DNA from: a phage
Direction: 5' to 3' (one strand)
Length of the DNA: 64,000 nucleotides
Sequence record: PZ452596.1
Shown: positions 34,406-44,880 of the stretch, in pieces
How positions within the stretch are numbered: the stretch's first letter is position 1
Layout of the letters: the number at the start of each line of letters is the position of its first letter
The notes under the pieces: generated by a model
Seen by the model: the letters and a program-made list of their open reading frames with translations, nothing else
Told to the model about the DNA's origin: nothing
The model's database searches: none
Translations under genes and position numbers: made by a program

Positions 34406-34608
34406 TATTCGTAATAAATGTGAATACCAATCACCACTGCCGAAACTTGTGCAACCCACCACGCACAAGCAATAAGTACAGAATTAAAAATTTTCATAAT
34501 AACCTCATCACAAAAGTAAATGTTAAACAAATTAATGGAATACTAATTAACCAAACAAAACACCACCATAATGAACTCATAGTTCAATCTCAACGATTTT
34601 CATTTTAC

Positions 34609-34827
34609 TCAATAATCCGCTAAAAGATCGACGATTGCATCACGAAGACACTTATTCGCAATACGTTTAAGAGCAATTTCAGTTTCTGGAGCATTTTGAA
34701 TAATCATTGAATTCAATTCAGCCTCAGCAAACTGAAGTTCTTTAACTAATTCAGCTTTATATTTTCCTTGCCCTTTCTTAGCTTTTGCTCGTTTTAATTC
34801 AGCTGTAGTAAACATTTTATTCTCCAA
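34609..34827 (-). CDS. hypothetical protein (ndd-denB cluster)
   Basis: 72-aa ORF preceded by early-promoter repeat. Confidence 0.45.
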   Translation of the reverse strand: MENKMFTTAELKRAKAKKGQGKYKAELVKELQFAEAELNSMIIQNAPETEIALKRIANKCLRDAIVDLLADY

Positions 34828-34831
34828 ATCC

Positions 34832-34895
34832 GTATCAGTTGATAGTTGTATATTACCACAGTCCTTGTGGTATGTAAACAGTTTTGTGAAAAAAT
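34832..34895 (-). promoter_or_regulatory. T4-type early promoter (repeat family copy)
   Basis: minus strand CTGTTTACATACCACAAGG...GGTAATATACAACTATCAAC. Confidence 0.45.
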
Positions 34896-34899
34896 TTTT

Positions 34900-35457
34900 T
34901 TAAATGGAAAGATACCATCCATTGTAGTTGCTTTTTCTTACAACCTTACGAAGGTCTTCTCTATCACCGATGAATTTCGGAGTGTACTGGATGACACCTG
35001 GATGAATTTCTTTAGTGTTGAATATAATTATACAGTCAGCGACTTGGTGATTCAGAATGGGCCCTAGATTTATTCCAGAACCGTATGGATACTCTCCGCT
35101 GCATCCGGTTGTTACCGAAATCCATCGTGAGTCAGTTTGATGTGTTTTGACTTCTACACGAAGCCCACAGTATTTTGGATGCGCCAATACATCCCATGCA
35201 TATGTATATGGGTCATTAACATCCTCTTGGCCTTTGTTAACATACCCGCTTAGCCAATCTGCTACAAAAAATTCTGCGTACACAGCGATACGGCATCTTT
35301 CGATAACTTCTGCCTTATCCTGATTTGGGTTTTGTTTTAAAGAGTATCTTGCAGTATCAGCAATTTTGACCTTCATTTCATTGGTTAAATCGCTGTTCGA
35401 TAGAGTAAATGTCGGAATCTGAAATAGTCTCTGTAGCCCCGGATTCGTTTTCTGCAT
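34900..35457 (-). CDS. denB: endonuclease IV (dC-specific)
   Basis: 185 aa, same length and position as T4 DenB. Confidence 0.88.
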   Translation of the reverse strand: MQKTNPGLQRLFQIPTFTLSNSDLTNEMKVKIADTARYSLKQNPNQDKAEVIERCRIAVYAEFFVADWLSGYVNKGQEDVNDPYTYAWDVLAHPKYCGLRVEVKTHQTDSRWISVTTGCSGEYPYGSGINLGPILNHQVADCIIIFNTKEIHPGVIQYTPKFIGDREDLRKVVRKSNYNGWYLSI

Positions 35458-35525
35458 TTAAACTTTCCTTTATGTCGGAATCACTGATATTCATATAATA
35501 AATCATAATTTCTCTTAAAACAAAA

Positions 35526-35537
35526 GGGCCGAAGCCC
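35526..35537 (-). other. UUCG-tetraloop hairpin immediately 3' of stop codon
   Basis: minus strand GGGC-UUCG-GCCC directly after TAA of the 64-aa ORF; identical copy at 35752. Confidence 0.5.
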
Positions 35538-35540
35538 TTA

Positions 35541-35735
35541 TTATTTGAATTGTGCAATTCTTTTCTCTAGACATTCAGCATAAGATTTCATTGAAATGAA
35601 CTGTGAAAGCAGCAGTTCTTGCTCAACTGCACTAACCGTTAGAAACTTTGCGCTTTCTAAAAATTTACTAAGCGCATTAATTTTGAGCATTAATTGATCG
35701 TATTCTTCTTTTACTCGTGCTTGATAACCTAACAT
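35541..35735 (-). CDS. hypothetical small protein between rIIB and denB
   Basis: 64-aa ORF flanked by two identical UUCG-loop hairpins. Confidence 0.45.
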   Translation of the reverse strand: MLGYQARVKEEYDQLMLKINALSKFLESAKFLTVSAVEQELLLSQFISMKSYAECLEKRIAQFK

Positions 35736-35751
35736 AATTTTCCTTAGTTAA

Positions 35752-35763
35752 GGGCCGAAGCCC
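35752..35763 (-). other. UUCG-tetraloop hairpin immediately 3' of rIIB stop codon
   Basis: identical 19-nt element TAAGGGCUUCGGCCCUU as at 35526. Confidence 0.5.
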
Positions 35764-36702
35764 TTATTTAAATTGTTCAGTAACGTCTTCAACTACTTCG
35801 TATTGGCAGGTACGCATTTTAGCGTCGTTGTAATCAATCGGAATTGATACTACATCGCGAGGATGTACTTTAACTTTTACAACTCGGCTGGTTGAACTGC
35901 CAAAGTGACGAATATAAGATTTAGAACACACATGCAGACCGCGAGAACAAGTTTGTGTATCATCGTCATTCACACGAGTACGTGGCATTTTAACTACTTT
36001 ACCCGGACTGTTATCAAATGTGTTTGAGTGACAGTCAAAGTAATTGCTGCGAACTACTTTCCAAGCATAGAAGTAACCATCTTCTGTAATTTCAATATCG
36101 TTTGCTACCAAGAAATCAAAGAGTCGAGATACCGCTTTTTGGCTTGGGTTTTCCAGCAGATTTTCCAAGAACGGAAAATAAAATTCAAAGTTTTCGCCTT
36201 TTTCCATCGAGTCAAGAATACGATCAACTAAACCGGACCGCAATTCGATATTTTGATAGAACAAGCTTCCACCTTCAATTCGAACATCGCCGGAAATATA
36301 TTTTTCAACAGCGCGACGAACATTAATTTTTTGCACAGCTTCTTCCAGCTTATCCGCTACAAGCAGATTAAGAATTTCCTGGAAGTTTGAATGAGTATTA
36401 GGAGTTGCGTTATAAGTTACGCCATCAACAGTAATTGAAATGAATTTTTTAGATGCATTCCAAATAATGTCAGATTTAGCAACTGGAGCAATAACTGCAT
36501 CGCTATTAACTTTAACTGTAATATCACCGCTAATAGTAACTTTAGGGTGTTTAGCTTCTTCAGCATTTTTCAAAACACGACGGATTGTGTCAACCGATAC
36601 ACCTTGCCAATCAGCCAATTCCTGTTGGGTGTAATTACCACTTGAATACAGTTTAACAATTTCAGCTTGTTCATTTTTGGTCAGGCATTTAATATTGTAC
36701 AT
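35764..36702 (-). CDS. rIIB: rIIB protein
   Basis: 312 aa, matches T4 rIIB. Confidence 0.95.
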   Translation of the reverse strand: MYNIKCLTKNEQAEIVKLYSSGNYTQQELADWQGVSVDTIRRVLKNAEEAKHPKVTISGDITVKVNSDAVIAPVAKSDIIWNASKKFISITVDGVTYNATPNTHSNFQEILNLLVADKLEEAVQKINVRRAVEKYISGDVRIEGGSLFYQNIELRSGLVDRILDSMEKGENFEFYFPFLENLLENPSQKAVSRLFDFLVANDIEITEDGYFYAWKVVRSNYFDCHSNTFDNSPGKVVKMPRTRVNDDDTQTCSRGLHVCSKSYIRHFGSSTSRVVKVKVHPRDVVSIPIDYNDAKMRTCQYEVVEDVTEQFK

Positions 36703-36713
36703 AATTTTCCTTA

Positions 36714-38891
36714 TTAGGCCGCAAGGGCCTTCATAGTTTTAGCGATTTGGGAAACTTCATCATCACTTAAAGAGTTGCGATAACCGATGAAGTCGGAAAC
36801 AATACGGAATTTCTTGGTAAACTCAGCAACCATTTTATCACTGTTTTTTGAAGCATTATTTGATAATACATCAAAAAGATTAGTTACTGTCCAGATGTCA
36901 TGACCGATAGTATCTTTTCCACCATTAAAATATACACCCTGTAATGAACTAACCATATTAGCGAGTCGTGTATATTCTTCAGAAACTTCATCTACACTGA
37001 AGTACTTCATCATAAAATCTAGCTCAGGATACTTGATAATTTTATCAATATATCGTTTAGCTGAACTTGAATAACCTACATACTTATCATAATCTACATC
37101 ATCAAAAGCATCTACATATAAATCACGCAAAGCTTCAAAAATACATTGGCACTGACCGAGTTCTTTTACCTTTTTCTGTAAAAGCGGACGAATAACATAA
37201 AATTCATTAATGCCAATAAGATTAGCCATACGAATCAAAATATTCATAGATGGATGACAAAGAGATGTAGTACCATCCATAGAAAAAATATCAGAACGAT
37301 GCATATACGCTACATAACCAGTAATTTCATCTGCTTCTGACGTGAGCGTAAATAATTCCTCTTTTTCCCAGCGCCCGTCTTTAATTTCAAACTTAAATGC
37401 TGTAGCAGCTTTAGGACGAGGAGCTTTACTTTTAACTACCTTTGGAATATAGCTTTTAACTAAAGCTTCAATTTCTGACAAATAATGAATGTTAACTTCA
37501 TCACTTTCAAACATTGCCATAATATCAGGAAGCAAATCAATCTGCGATTCTACTTCTGGGTTAATAAACAGAAGACGCTCATTGTGATGAATATTCAAAG
37601 TGTTATTAAATTCACTATCATCTAACGCACGTGCTAATCCACGAACAATATTAACACGATTTTTAATATTATCAATAACGATATTAATTTTTGTTGTATT
37701 AATACCAAACAGACGATAACTTGATGCAACGGCTGAAGTTTCATGGCTTTGCTTAATACGTTTCAGCCGAGGGTCAAGATTTACTTCATACACAACCCCT
37801 GCATTACATAACTTACTATCAGGTTCAAACATGCTCTGCATCTTCTTATATGACAGATTTTTAGTCGTGAATTTGACTGAATTACTAATCATATAATCTC
37901 GAGCAGAATACCCCATCTTCATTAATTCGCGATATGTATGACGAGGAGATGTAGATTCTTTAAATCGTTTTACATCTTCATTAAATGCTTTCTCACTGAG
38001 TTCTTTAACTCGTTCAATAATATTTTTACGAGTACGATCATCCAGTGAAAGAGCCTCACGAGATGGAGCAATATCAAGTGAACCCATTGGGAACTTAATG
38101 TAATTCACTTCATTGCGAATGCTTAGCCAGTTACGGTCTCTAATAACACCATCGATAGGATAAACAATACCGCCATAGATAGCATATAATCCACCGCGAT
38201 CAGGCCAGTATCTTTCTGGATTTACGCCATAATAATCATCAAAATCCGGAAAATAATCAATTTCGCGGTCAAGACCATTAATGATAGCCAAATCTTTGAA
38301 CGGTCGCATGATATAAGAAACTTCATAAGCAAAGTTTCTAAAGTCTTTTTCTTCAACTGGAACTACGATTTCAATACCAGTTTTATCATCTGGACCCATT
38401 TCTTTTACGAATGTAGGTTTAATCTGTGGGCCATCACCATCCATATAAGCTACATAACCACGAATTTCACCTTTATGATACGAAGTAATACTAAACGTAT
38501 CAGTATAACTAAACGGAGATTTAGAACCTAAACCAAATCCGCCAATGAAATCGTTAGATTCAGCCTTAGATGAACTGAAGTATGAATTATACAGACCAGG
38601 AGAATTATCATCACCCTGAATATCAAAATCACTCATACCTGGACCAAAATCTCGGCAAACAAATCGTGGATCTAAACGTCCAGGAACTTGAATGATAAAT
38701 TTTTCAGGATTTCCATTGAGAGCATGGGCATCAATCATGTTGGTAATCAATTCACGGACTACTGCGCGAATTTTGTTTGTATACAAATCAGATGACAGAA
38801 TTTTAAATACTTTAGGAGATGCTGTGATGCTAAATGCTTTTGATTTAGAACCATTACCAAGAATTGTTTCTTTTTCAGTGGTGATAATCAT
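36714..38891 (-). CDS. rIIA: rIIA protein
   Basis: 725 aa, N-terminal GHKL-like ATPase region; matches T4 rIIA. Confidence 0.95.
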   Translation of the reverse strand: MIITTEKETILGNGSKSKAFSITASPKVFKILSSDLYTNKIRAVVRELITNMIDAHALNGNPEKFIIQVPGRLDPRFVCRDFGPGMSDFDIQGDDNSPGLYNSYFSSSKAESNDFIGGFGLGSKSPFSYTDTFSITSYHKGEIRGYVAYMDGDGPQIKPTFVKEMGPDDKTGIEIVVPVEEKDFRNFAYEVSYIMRPFKDLAIINGLDREIDYFPDFDDYYGVNPERYWPDRGGLYAIYGGIVYPIDGVIRDRNWLSIRNEVNYIKFPMGSLDIAPSREALSLDDRTRKNIIERVKELSEKAFNEDVKRFKESTSPRHTYRELMKMGYSARDYMISNSVKFTTKNLSYKKMQSMFEPDSKLCNAGVVYEVNLDPRLKRIKQSHETSAVASSYRLFGINTTKINIVIDNIKNRVNIVRGLARALDDSEFNNTLNIHHNERLLFINPEVESQIDLLPDIMAMFESDEVNIHYLSEIEALVKSYIPKVVKSKAPRPKAATAFKFEIKDGRWEKEELFTLTSEADEITGYVAYMHRSDIFSMDGTTSLCHPSMNILIRMANLIGINEFYVIRPLLQKKVKELGQCQCIFEALRDLYVDAFDDVDYDKYVGYSSSAKRYIDKIIKYPELDFMMKYFSVDEVSEEYTRLANMVSSLQGVYFNGGKDTIGHDIWTVTNLFDVLSNNASKNSDKMVAEFTKKFRIVSDFIGYRNSLSDDEVSQIAKTMKALAA

Positions 38892-38901
38892 AATTTCCTC
38901 A

Positions 38902-39105
38902 TTAATTCATATTACGCTTAATAACTTCAGCAACTTCTAGTAGTTCATCTTTAGTTGCGGTGTCGGATTGAATTTTATCTCTAATATCTTTAAAGCGGTT
39001 TTTAAATTCTTCGGCTTCTCCCATATCGAAAAAGCGTTGAATGATTCTATATTCTCGATAAACTGCTTTATCAAAAAGTTCTAAATTTACTCTATATGAT
39101 TTCAT
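38902..39105 (-). CDS. hypothetical protein (rIIA.1 position)
   Basis: 67-aa ORF. Confidence 0.5.
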   Translation of the reverse strand: MKSYRVNLELFDKAVYREYRIIQRFFDMGEAEEFKNRFKDIRDKIQSDTATKDELLEVAEVIKRNMN

Positions 39106-39124
39106 TTCAATATCCTCATTTGCC

Positions 39125-39165
39125 CAATTAATTATACCACATCCTTGTGGTAAAGTAAACTACTG
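39125..39165 (-). promoter_or_regulatory. early promoter upstream of rIIA.1/rIIA
   Basis: minus strand GTTTAC -16- GGTATAAT. Confidence 0.5.
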
Positions 39166-40980
39166 GCTCATCCATTCTTTACGAAGGTCAGCATTATCTC
39201 CCATGAGCATTTCAAAAAGCTCTTTCCAGTTCTCAGGAAGTTTAACAACATCATATACTGGATTTTGAATCATCTCACGATATTCAGATTTTTCCAAAGA
39301 GCCAAGTCCCTTAATATAACGGATACTATGTTTAGGTAGAGCATCTTTAGCACTCTCATATTCAGCGACTGTATAAAACCATTCTTGTTTTTTACCGACC
39401 TGAGCGATGATTACAGGAGTTTTGACAAAGCGAATTCGTCCTTGCTCAAACAATTCTGGCCAATTACTAAAAAATCCGAGCAGAGAAGGATAAATGCTTC
39501 CTAAACCATCATGGTCAGCATCAGTCATAATAGCAATATTATGATAATTCAAGTTTTCAGCTTTTTCACCTAGAACTAAACCCGTGATTGCGCAAATATC
39601 AAACAGTTCTTTGTTTTTAAGCATATCAGCATATGACATACCCCAACTGTTGAGAACTTTACCACGCAATGGATAACCACCATGAAGTTCTTTATCACGA
39701 ACATCAATAAGATATCCGATAGCAGAATCACCCTCAGTCAAGAAAAGAGTAGTGTCAGCATCTTTACCACAAAGATTCGCTTTAATATGTTTATGAACCT
39801 TAGCTTTAGAAGCCTTTTTAGCTGCTTTAGTTTCTGCTGCTTTTTCTGCTGCCAATTTACGAGCTAATGCTGCTTCAATAATTGGCATCAAAATTGCTTC
39901 ATTATTTAGAATAGCGCGTGAAATCTTTTTAGCATCAAGTTGAATATGACTACGGATTTCACCAAATGGAGAAGTCAAACGCTCTTTAGTTTGAGAATCA
40001 AATCGCATGTTTTTCATATCACGAACAAACATAACGATAGTCAAACATTCTTTGACACGTGCTTTAGTTACATCAATTTTGAACTTACGTTTGATTTGTG
40101 GAATAAGGTCTTCACAAATATCATCCATAACACAGTCAATGTGATGGCCACCATTCTTAGTGTGAATGTTATTCACATAAGTTAATTGACGAAATCCATC
40201 CGGTGAACGACCAACCGCAATAGAACAATTTTCTTGTTCTTGAACAATAGCATGTTCATCATACTGTCGTGCATATTTCTTAAAATTGCCCTGAACCTTT
40301 TTACCATTAAAGGTAAATTGAATATCAGGATAAACAACAGCAAGTGTCTGGAGACGATCCAGTGTAATGTCAAGATAAACTTGGGACAGCTCATTAGTTT
40401 CAAATGACATAAAATCAGGAATGAAAGTAACACGAGTTCCTTTCCATTTTCCAGGAATATCTTCCCATGATTTATTTTCCATGCCATTTGAACAACGAAC
40501 TACAATATTATTTTGACCATCACCAGTTTCACCGACAAACATCACAGAAAAAATGTTTGTCAAACTAGAACCAACACCATTCATACCACCGGTGACGCGT
40601 TCTTTATCATCACCGAAGTTACCACCTGCTTTTGGAATAGTCCACGCAGCAACAGGACCAGGAATTTCTTCACCTGTAGGTGTTTTAACCATCGCCTGTG
40701 GAATACCGCGACCGTTATCTTCAACTGTTACCTGATTATTTTTAATAGTAACATTAATTTTATTTGCGAATTTAAACTTAGTACGAATACCTTCATCTAC
40801 TGAGTTATCAATAATTTCATCAATAAGCTTAACAAGACCAGGTACATACTGAACACTTTCCCATTTACCAAACAGAAAGCGCTCATGCATTTCATTAGCA
40901 GAAGAGCCAATATACATGCCGCTACGCTTTTTGATATGTTCAATATCGCTCAGAATTTTAATTTCATTCTTAATCATCAC
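39160..40980 (-). CDS. 39: DNA topoisomerase II large (ATPase) subunit, unsplit gene 39
   Basis: 606-aa GyrB-like ORF in one frame; in T4 this protein is split into genes 39 and 60. Confidence 0.9.
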   Translation of the reverse strand: MMIKNEIKILSDIEHIKKRSGMYIGSSANEMHERFLFGKWESVQYVPGLVKLIDEIIDNSVDEGIRTKFKFANKINVTIKNNQVTVEDNGRGIPQAMVKTPTGEEIPGPVAAWTIPKAGGNFGDDKERVTGGMNGVGSSLTNIFSVMFVGETGDGQNNIVVRCSNGMENKSWEDIPGKWKGTRVTFIPDFMSFETNELSQVYLDITLDRLQTLAVVYPDIQFTFNGKKVQGNFKKYARQYDEHAIVQEQENCSIAVGRSPDGFRQLTYVNNIHTKNGGHHIDCVMDDICEDLIPQIKRKFKIDVTKARVKECLTIVMFVRDMKNMRFDSQTKERLTSPFGEIRSHIQLDAKKISRAILNNEAILMPIIEAALARKLAAEKAAETKAAKKASKAKVHKHIKANLCGKDADTTLFLTEGDSAIGYLIDVRDKELHGGYPLRGKVLNSWGMSYADMLKNKELFDICAITGLVLGEKAENLNYHNIAIMTDADHDGLGSIYPSLLGFFSNWPELFEQGRIRFVKTPVIIAQVGKKQEWFYTVAEYESAKDALPKHSIRYIKGLGSLEKSEYREMIQNPVYDVVKLPENWKELFEMLMGDNADLRKEWMSQ

Positions 40981-41046
40981 TTATCCTCGTTTGGTTTCGG
41001 GAATATTATACTCCGGTAATCATAAAGCTAAAGGCCCGAAGGCCTT

Positions 41047-41307
41047 TTATTTAAAACGAATAGTTGAATCCTTAAAGAACAGCCCAGAACATACTGTTCC
41101 TTCTACTTTCTGCCCGGTAGGTCCAATAGCACGAAATCCAGTATGCTGGAAATCATTTTCAGAGCAACCGAACCAATTATATCCAGTGATTTCAATATTA
41201 GTAAAACCACTTGAAGACAAAACTTTGGTTGCATTATCAGCATCAGTACATCCTACTAAAGACACTACTAATACTAATGCTGCGATAGAACGATTAATAT
41301 ATTTCAT
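41047..41307 (-). CDS. predicted lipoprotein
   Basis: start at MKYINRSIAALVLVVSLVGCTD: signal peptide plus lipobox L-V-G-C; about 86 aa. Confidence 0.5.
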   Translation of the reverse strand: MKYINRSIAALVLVVSLVGCTDADNATKVLSSSGFTNIEITGYNWFGCSENDFQHTGFRAIGPTGQKVEGTVCSGLFFKDSTIRFK

Positions 41308-41311
41308 AATT

Positions 41312-41683
41312 TCACTTAAATTTAATGGCTTGAAGAAGACTAATAACTCCCAAGCGACTTCTTTCATCTTTAACTGTAAAAGAAAGAGGGTCACCAGACT
41401 TCATAGTAATAGTGCATTCAAAATCAAAACCTTCGGGAACTTCTTCGAATAGGTCAAATTCTTCATCATAAATTAGAACACTACTTTGCAGACTGTGAAG
41501 AGTTTTTCCAGCATTTCCAGATGCTGTACCAATCATTGTAACATTATGACCTTTCATATCTTCAACGATAAATTCACTAGTCAATATTACAGCATTAATA
41601 GAACTATTCCTATTACTAGCAGAAAGTAGAAATTTCTGTTCTTCACCTTCGCGAATACGATATTTCTTACCCATTTTAAACAT
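41312..41683 (-). CDS. hypothetical protein (gene 39 upstream cluster)
   Basis: 123-aa ORF. Confidence 0.5.
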   Translation of the reverse strand: MFKMGKKYRIREGEEQKFLLSASNRNSSINAVILTSEFIVEDMKGHNVTMIGTASGNAGKTLHSLQSSVLIYDEEFDLFEEVPEGFDFECTITMKSGDPLSFTVKDERSRLGVISLLQAIKFK

Positions 41684-41694
41684 AATTATCCCTT

Positions 41695-41862
41695 AAGTAA
41701 GTCGTAAAATCCGCCATTCACATGCTTAGGAGCAGAAGCCCGACGAGTAGACAAACGATGACATTTAGGGCAAACATCATTTTCTCGTTCAGAAATCTTT
41801 TTAATTTTTTCATATTCATGCCCGCAATCTTCAGATTGGCATTTATAATCATACATTGGCAT
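41695..41862 (-). CDS. small zinc-ribbon protein
   Basis: 55 aa MPMYDYKCQSEDCGHEYE...CPKCHRL: CxxC-x17-CxxC; found by hand. Confidence 0.45.
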
Positions 41863-41864
41863 AA

Positions 41865-42284
41865 TTATTCCTTAAAATGTGCTTTCAACATCTGATACAA
41901 GGACCATGCCTGTTCATTATTTTCAATAGTAACTTTCATTACCGGGAATTCTGTGAAATCTTCTATTTGTTCTTGCTCTTCCTGCTCTTGTTCTTTAGCA
42001 TCCTGATATGGATTTTCAACTTCATCAAAGAACCCAGCTTCGTTAGTAGAAAGCCAGATAAAGTTTTCGTCAAGGATATCACCATGTGTTGCATATCCAA
42101 CTGTGCCAGTAGATGTCACAATTTTAGTAGGACGACCAAGATGGTCAACATCTAAAATTTTAAAAGGATGCATACCTAAACGGCGTGCATAGATTCCGTT
42201 ATCAGTATGGTCTTTAATAAAATTTTCTTGAGCCTGTTTATTTTTAAATTGATACCATTTATTAACTTCAAATTTAATAGCCAT
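41865..42284 (-). CDS. hypothetical acidic protein (goF position in T4)
   Basis: 139-aa ORF; name by position only. Confidence 0.4.
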   Translation of the reverse strand: MAIKFEVNKWYQFKNKQAQENFIKDHTDNGIYARRLGMHPFKILDVDHLGRPTKIVTSTGTVGYATHGDILDENFIWLSTNEAGFFDEVENPYQDAKEQEQEEQEQIEDFTEFPVMKVTIENNEQAWSLYQMLKAHFKE

Positions 42285-42499
42285 TAATAAATTTCCTTCC
42301 AGTAAGTTGTGCCATCTTCAGTAATTTCACGAAATACACCGTAAATTGGTTGTTTATCACCAACCTTTTCATACACATAAACCGAAGTCAAGTGAGTAAA
42401 CTTGATGGTGTGTTCCTTTTGAACTACTACCAAATCTGGATCGAATAATACATCTTCAAATTCGTCATTAGTGCAGTTCTGAACAATTTTACGTTTCAT
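42284..42499 (-). CDS. hypothetical protein (cef position in T4)
   Basis: 71-aa ORF; T4 Cef is 71 aa by recall. Confidence 0.4.
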   Translation of the reverse strand: MKRKIVQNCTNDEFEDVLFDPDLVVVQKEHTIKFTHLTSVYVYEKVGDKQPIYGVFREITEDGTTYWKEIY

Positions 42500-42512
42500 T
42501 ACAATTTCCTCA

Positions 42513-42782
42513 TTAATTGAACAGTGGAGCGATACGTTTCAGAAGAGTAGCAGCACCTTTGGCAAATTTTACATCATGAAAAACAGTTTCTTCTTCCGTT
42601 ACAACACGAGCTTTAATGTTTTCACAATCCCAATTTTTGCGAACAATCTTCAAAAGCTGCAGTAAATCTTTACATTCAGCAATATCGATAACACATCCAC
42701 GAGAATCTTCCATTATCGCACGATAACCGTAAGCCATACCATAATCATTGAAAGATTGCTCGATGATAATTAAATTTTCCAT
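42513..42782 (-). CDS. hypothetical protein
   Basis: start at MENLIIIEQ; track ORF start overlaps the upstream early promoter. Confidence 0.45.
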   Translation of the reverse strand: MENLIIIEQSFNDYGMAYGYRAIMEDSRGCVIDIAECKDLLQLLKIVRKNWDCENIKARVVTEEETVFHDVKFAKGAATLLKRIAPLFN

Positions 42783-42804
42783 TTTATTCTCCAAGTTTTT
42801 CTGT

Positions 42805-42870
42805 ATCAGTAGTTGATATTGATATAGTACCATAATCAACTACTGATGTATATAGTTTTATGAAAAAAAT
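42805..42870 (-). promoter_or_regulatory. T4-type early promoter (repeat family copy, diverged)
   Basis: shares CAGTAGTTGATA...TAGTACC core with other copies. Confidence 0.4.
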
Positions 42871-42888
42871 TTTAAACTTTATGCAAAT

Positions 42889-43308
42889 TTATGCTAAAGC
42901 TGCTTCGCACCATTTTTTAATTTGGAATTCAGGAACTACCATGAACTGGCCTGCAAAAACAATATTGTAGAGCTTGACACCATCTTCTACCCAACGGTCC
43001 GAAATAAAACCAGCGACTTGATTCGTTGTCCATGGAGTTCCATCTGTTGCCGCCGCAATTGTGAATTTATGGTCTTTTACAACTAAAACTGAAGAACAAA
43101 GTTTCCATTTAAATGCGCTTTCTTCTGGCTCAATGAACTGACTTGAGACATAACCAATGTTACCATCAGCGTCACGAACTTTAACCTCGTTACGACCAAA
43201 AACTGGATCACTTACAGAAAGAACTTCAACCAGCTTTCCTGCAACTTTAGAACGAGAAGCAACGGATACATATACGTAATCACCAGTAGAGAGATTTACA
43301 ATATTCAT
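42889..43308 (-). CDS. MotB-region paralog 1
   Basis: 139 aa; shares SRSKVAGKLVEV N-terminal motif and GFISDRWVEDGVKLYNIVF C-terminal motif with next ORF. Confidence 0.5.
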   Translation of the reverse strand: MNIVNLSTGDYVYVSVASRSKVAGKLVEVLSVSDPVFGRNEVKVRDADGNIGYVSSQFIEPEESAFKWKLCSSVLVVKDHKFTIAAATDGTPWTTNQVAGFISDRWVEDGVKLYNIVFAGQFMVVPEFQIKKWCEAALA

Positions 43309-43317
43309 AATAATTCC

Positions 43318-43836
43318 TTAAGCTTTACGAGGAGAAGCATAACGAGTGATTTCAGATTCTTCAACAACCCGGAAGTCACCTAAGAATACGATATTGTAGA
43401 GCTTTTCACCATCTTCAACCCATTGGTCTGTGATGAAGCCACACATCCTATCAGTTTTACTTGGACCAGCGAAATCATCAATATAATCGAATTCTTCATC
43501 AGTTACAAATTCAACGCCTTTACACAACGCCCATTTAAATTGTGCATTAGACTCAGTGGATTCAACTTCTTCAACAGAAGCAAAATGAGAGCTAACACGA
43601 GTTTCCAGAAATTTAGGACTTACGTAAGCGTACTGAGTTTCAGTTTTTCCAGAACTAGGAATGATTCGAACTTTAACTTCTTTAACACGACCAGTACCAT
43701 TAGTACGAAGTCCTACCACTTCAACTAGACGACCTGCAGCTTTAGAACGAGATGCAGACGATACACGCTTAATTTCACCGATAGTAATCATAATTTTTCT
43801 CTCTTTGTTGTTAAGATTTATACTCCGCAGGACCAT
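43318..43836 (-). CDS. MotB-region paralog 2 (MotB-like by position and size)
   Basis: 172 aa; SRSKAAGRLVEV and GFITDQWVEDGEKLYNIVF motifs. Confidence 0.5.
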   Translation of the reverse strand: MVLRSINLNNKERKIMITIGEIKRVSSASRSKAAGRLVEVVGLRTNGTGRVKEVKVRIIPSSGKTETQYAYVSPKFLETRVSSHFASVEEVESTESNAQFKWALCKGVEFVTDEEFDYIDDFAGPSKTDRMCGFITDQWVEDGEKLYNIVFLGDFRVVEESEITRYASPRKA

Positions 43837-43863
43837 TATACTCTGGTCCCAAGAGTTTGTAAA

Positions 43864-44301
43864 TTAGCTTACACGAACATTAATCACTGCGCTGCGAGGA
43901 ACTACAGAGTACTCTCCAGCATGAACTACGTTCAGAAGTTCAACACCATCTTCAATCCACTGATCAGTCACCCATCCACCCACAGGATTCGCGAATGGAC
44001 GACGAATATAAACTGCCTTACACAGCAGATCAGTTGGATCTTCAGGTTTTTCAATTTCTGTCAATAGACTAAAATCTTTTTCATAAATAATAAGCGATGA
44101 TACCATTCCATAATAGTTTCTAATTTCAATATACATCATACCGATAAGAATTCCGCTATTAACACTAATAACAGTAAAAGGATATCCGCCAGTTAAACCA
44201 AGAAGTTCACAAAACTTATTATGAGCTGTATTAGACAGTACCGAAAAATTCTTAATTTCATCAAATTTTTTCAATTGATAAACAGCATTATTTTTAATCA
44301 T
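43864..44301 (-). CDS. MotB-region paralog 3 (C-terminal domain only)
   Basis: 145 aa; C-terminal GGWVTDQWIEDGVELLNVVHAGEYSVVP homologous to the two preceding ORFs. Confidence 0.5.
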   Translation of the reverse strand: MIKNNAVYQLKKFDEIKNFSVLSNTAHNKFCELLGLTGGYPFTVISVNSGILIGMMYIEIRNYYGMVSSLIIYEKDFSLLTEIEKPEDPTDLLCKAVYIRRPFANPVGGWVTDQWIEDGVELLNVVHAGEYSVVPRSAVINVRVS

Positions 44302-44311
44302 GATTTTCTCT

Positions 44312-44815
44312 TTAATCTAAAGTAATAAAGCCTTTTAATTCGGCATGTGATTTGCGGAACATTACTTGGTGCCCGCCAATGATAACTTGATCATCTGGAA
44401 CTTCGTATACAGCGAGATAAAATCCTTTAGAAGATAATTCTTCACGCTCTTCTCGTGTGAACCATCTCATCATATCATATTCGCTAGCGAAAGCAAAATG
44501 ATAAAGAGCTATAAACCATCCTGGAATATAGTGATCTACGCCTACATATTCTTCTTTCTCAAAATTAGTATTAATTGCTATATTAGCATTTTTAACTAAT
44601 AATTTGTCTTCGTGTGGAAGAGGAATTCTTTTATTATCATTACTATGATGCATAAAATTAGGTCTGTCATAACCTACGTGTAATAACCACTCTTCGCTCC
44701 ATGAATCTATTATACTCCTGTATGGCGTTATTTGAACACAAAGATTTCGACGTATTGTTATAGCATCTTCATTATTAAGAATACTAAAAGATGATTCAAC
44801 ACGATAAATTTTCAT
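44312..44815 (-). CDS. hypothetical protein (dexA.1 position)
   Basis: 167-aa ORF downstream of dexA with early promoter upstream. Confidence 0.5.
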   Translation of the reverse strand: MKIYRVESSFSILNNEDAITIRRNLCVQITPYRSIIDSWSEEWLLHVGYDRPNFMHHSNDNKRIPLPHEDKLLVKNANIAINTNFEKEEYVGVDHYIPGWFIALYHFAFASEYDMMRWFTREEREELSSKGFYLAVYEVPDDQVIIGGHQVMFRKSHAELKGFITLD

Positions 44816-44829
44816 TTTATTATCCTCAG

Positions 44830-44880
44830 TAGCTATAGTGTTATAATACCATAACTAACCGAGGAAGTAAACAACTTTTT
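44830..44880 (-). promoter_or_regulatory. early promoter candidate downstream of dexA
   Basis: minus strand GTTTAC with GGTATTATAAC -10 region. Confidence 0.4.

Noticed and set aside
39160-40980. Possible gene 60 translational bypass or mobE insertion in the topoisomerase gene
   Set aside because: The ORF is continuous for 606 aa with no take-off/landing gap or inserted endonuclease gene; this is the unsplit T2/T6-type arrangement.
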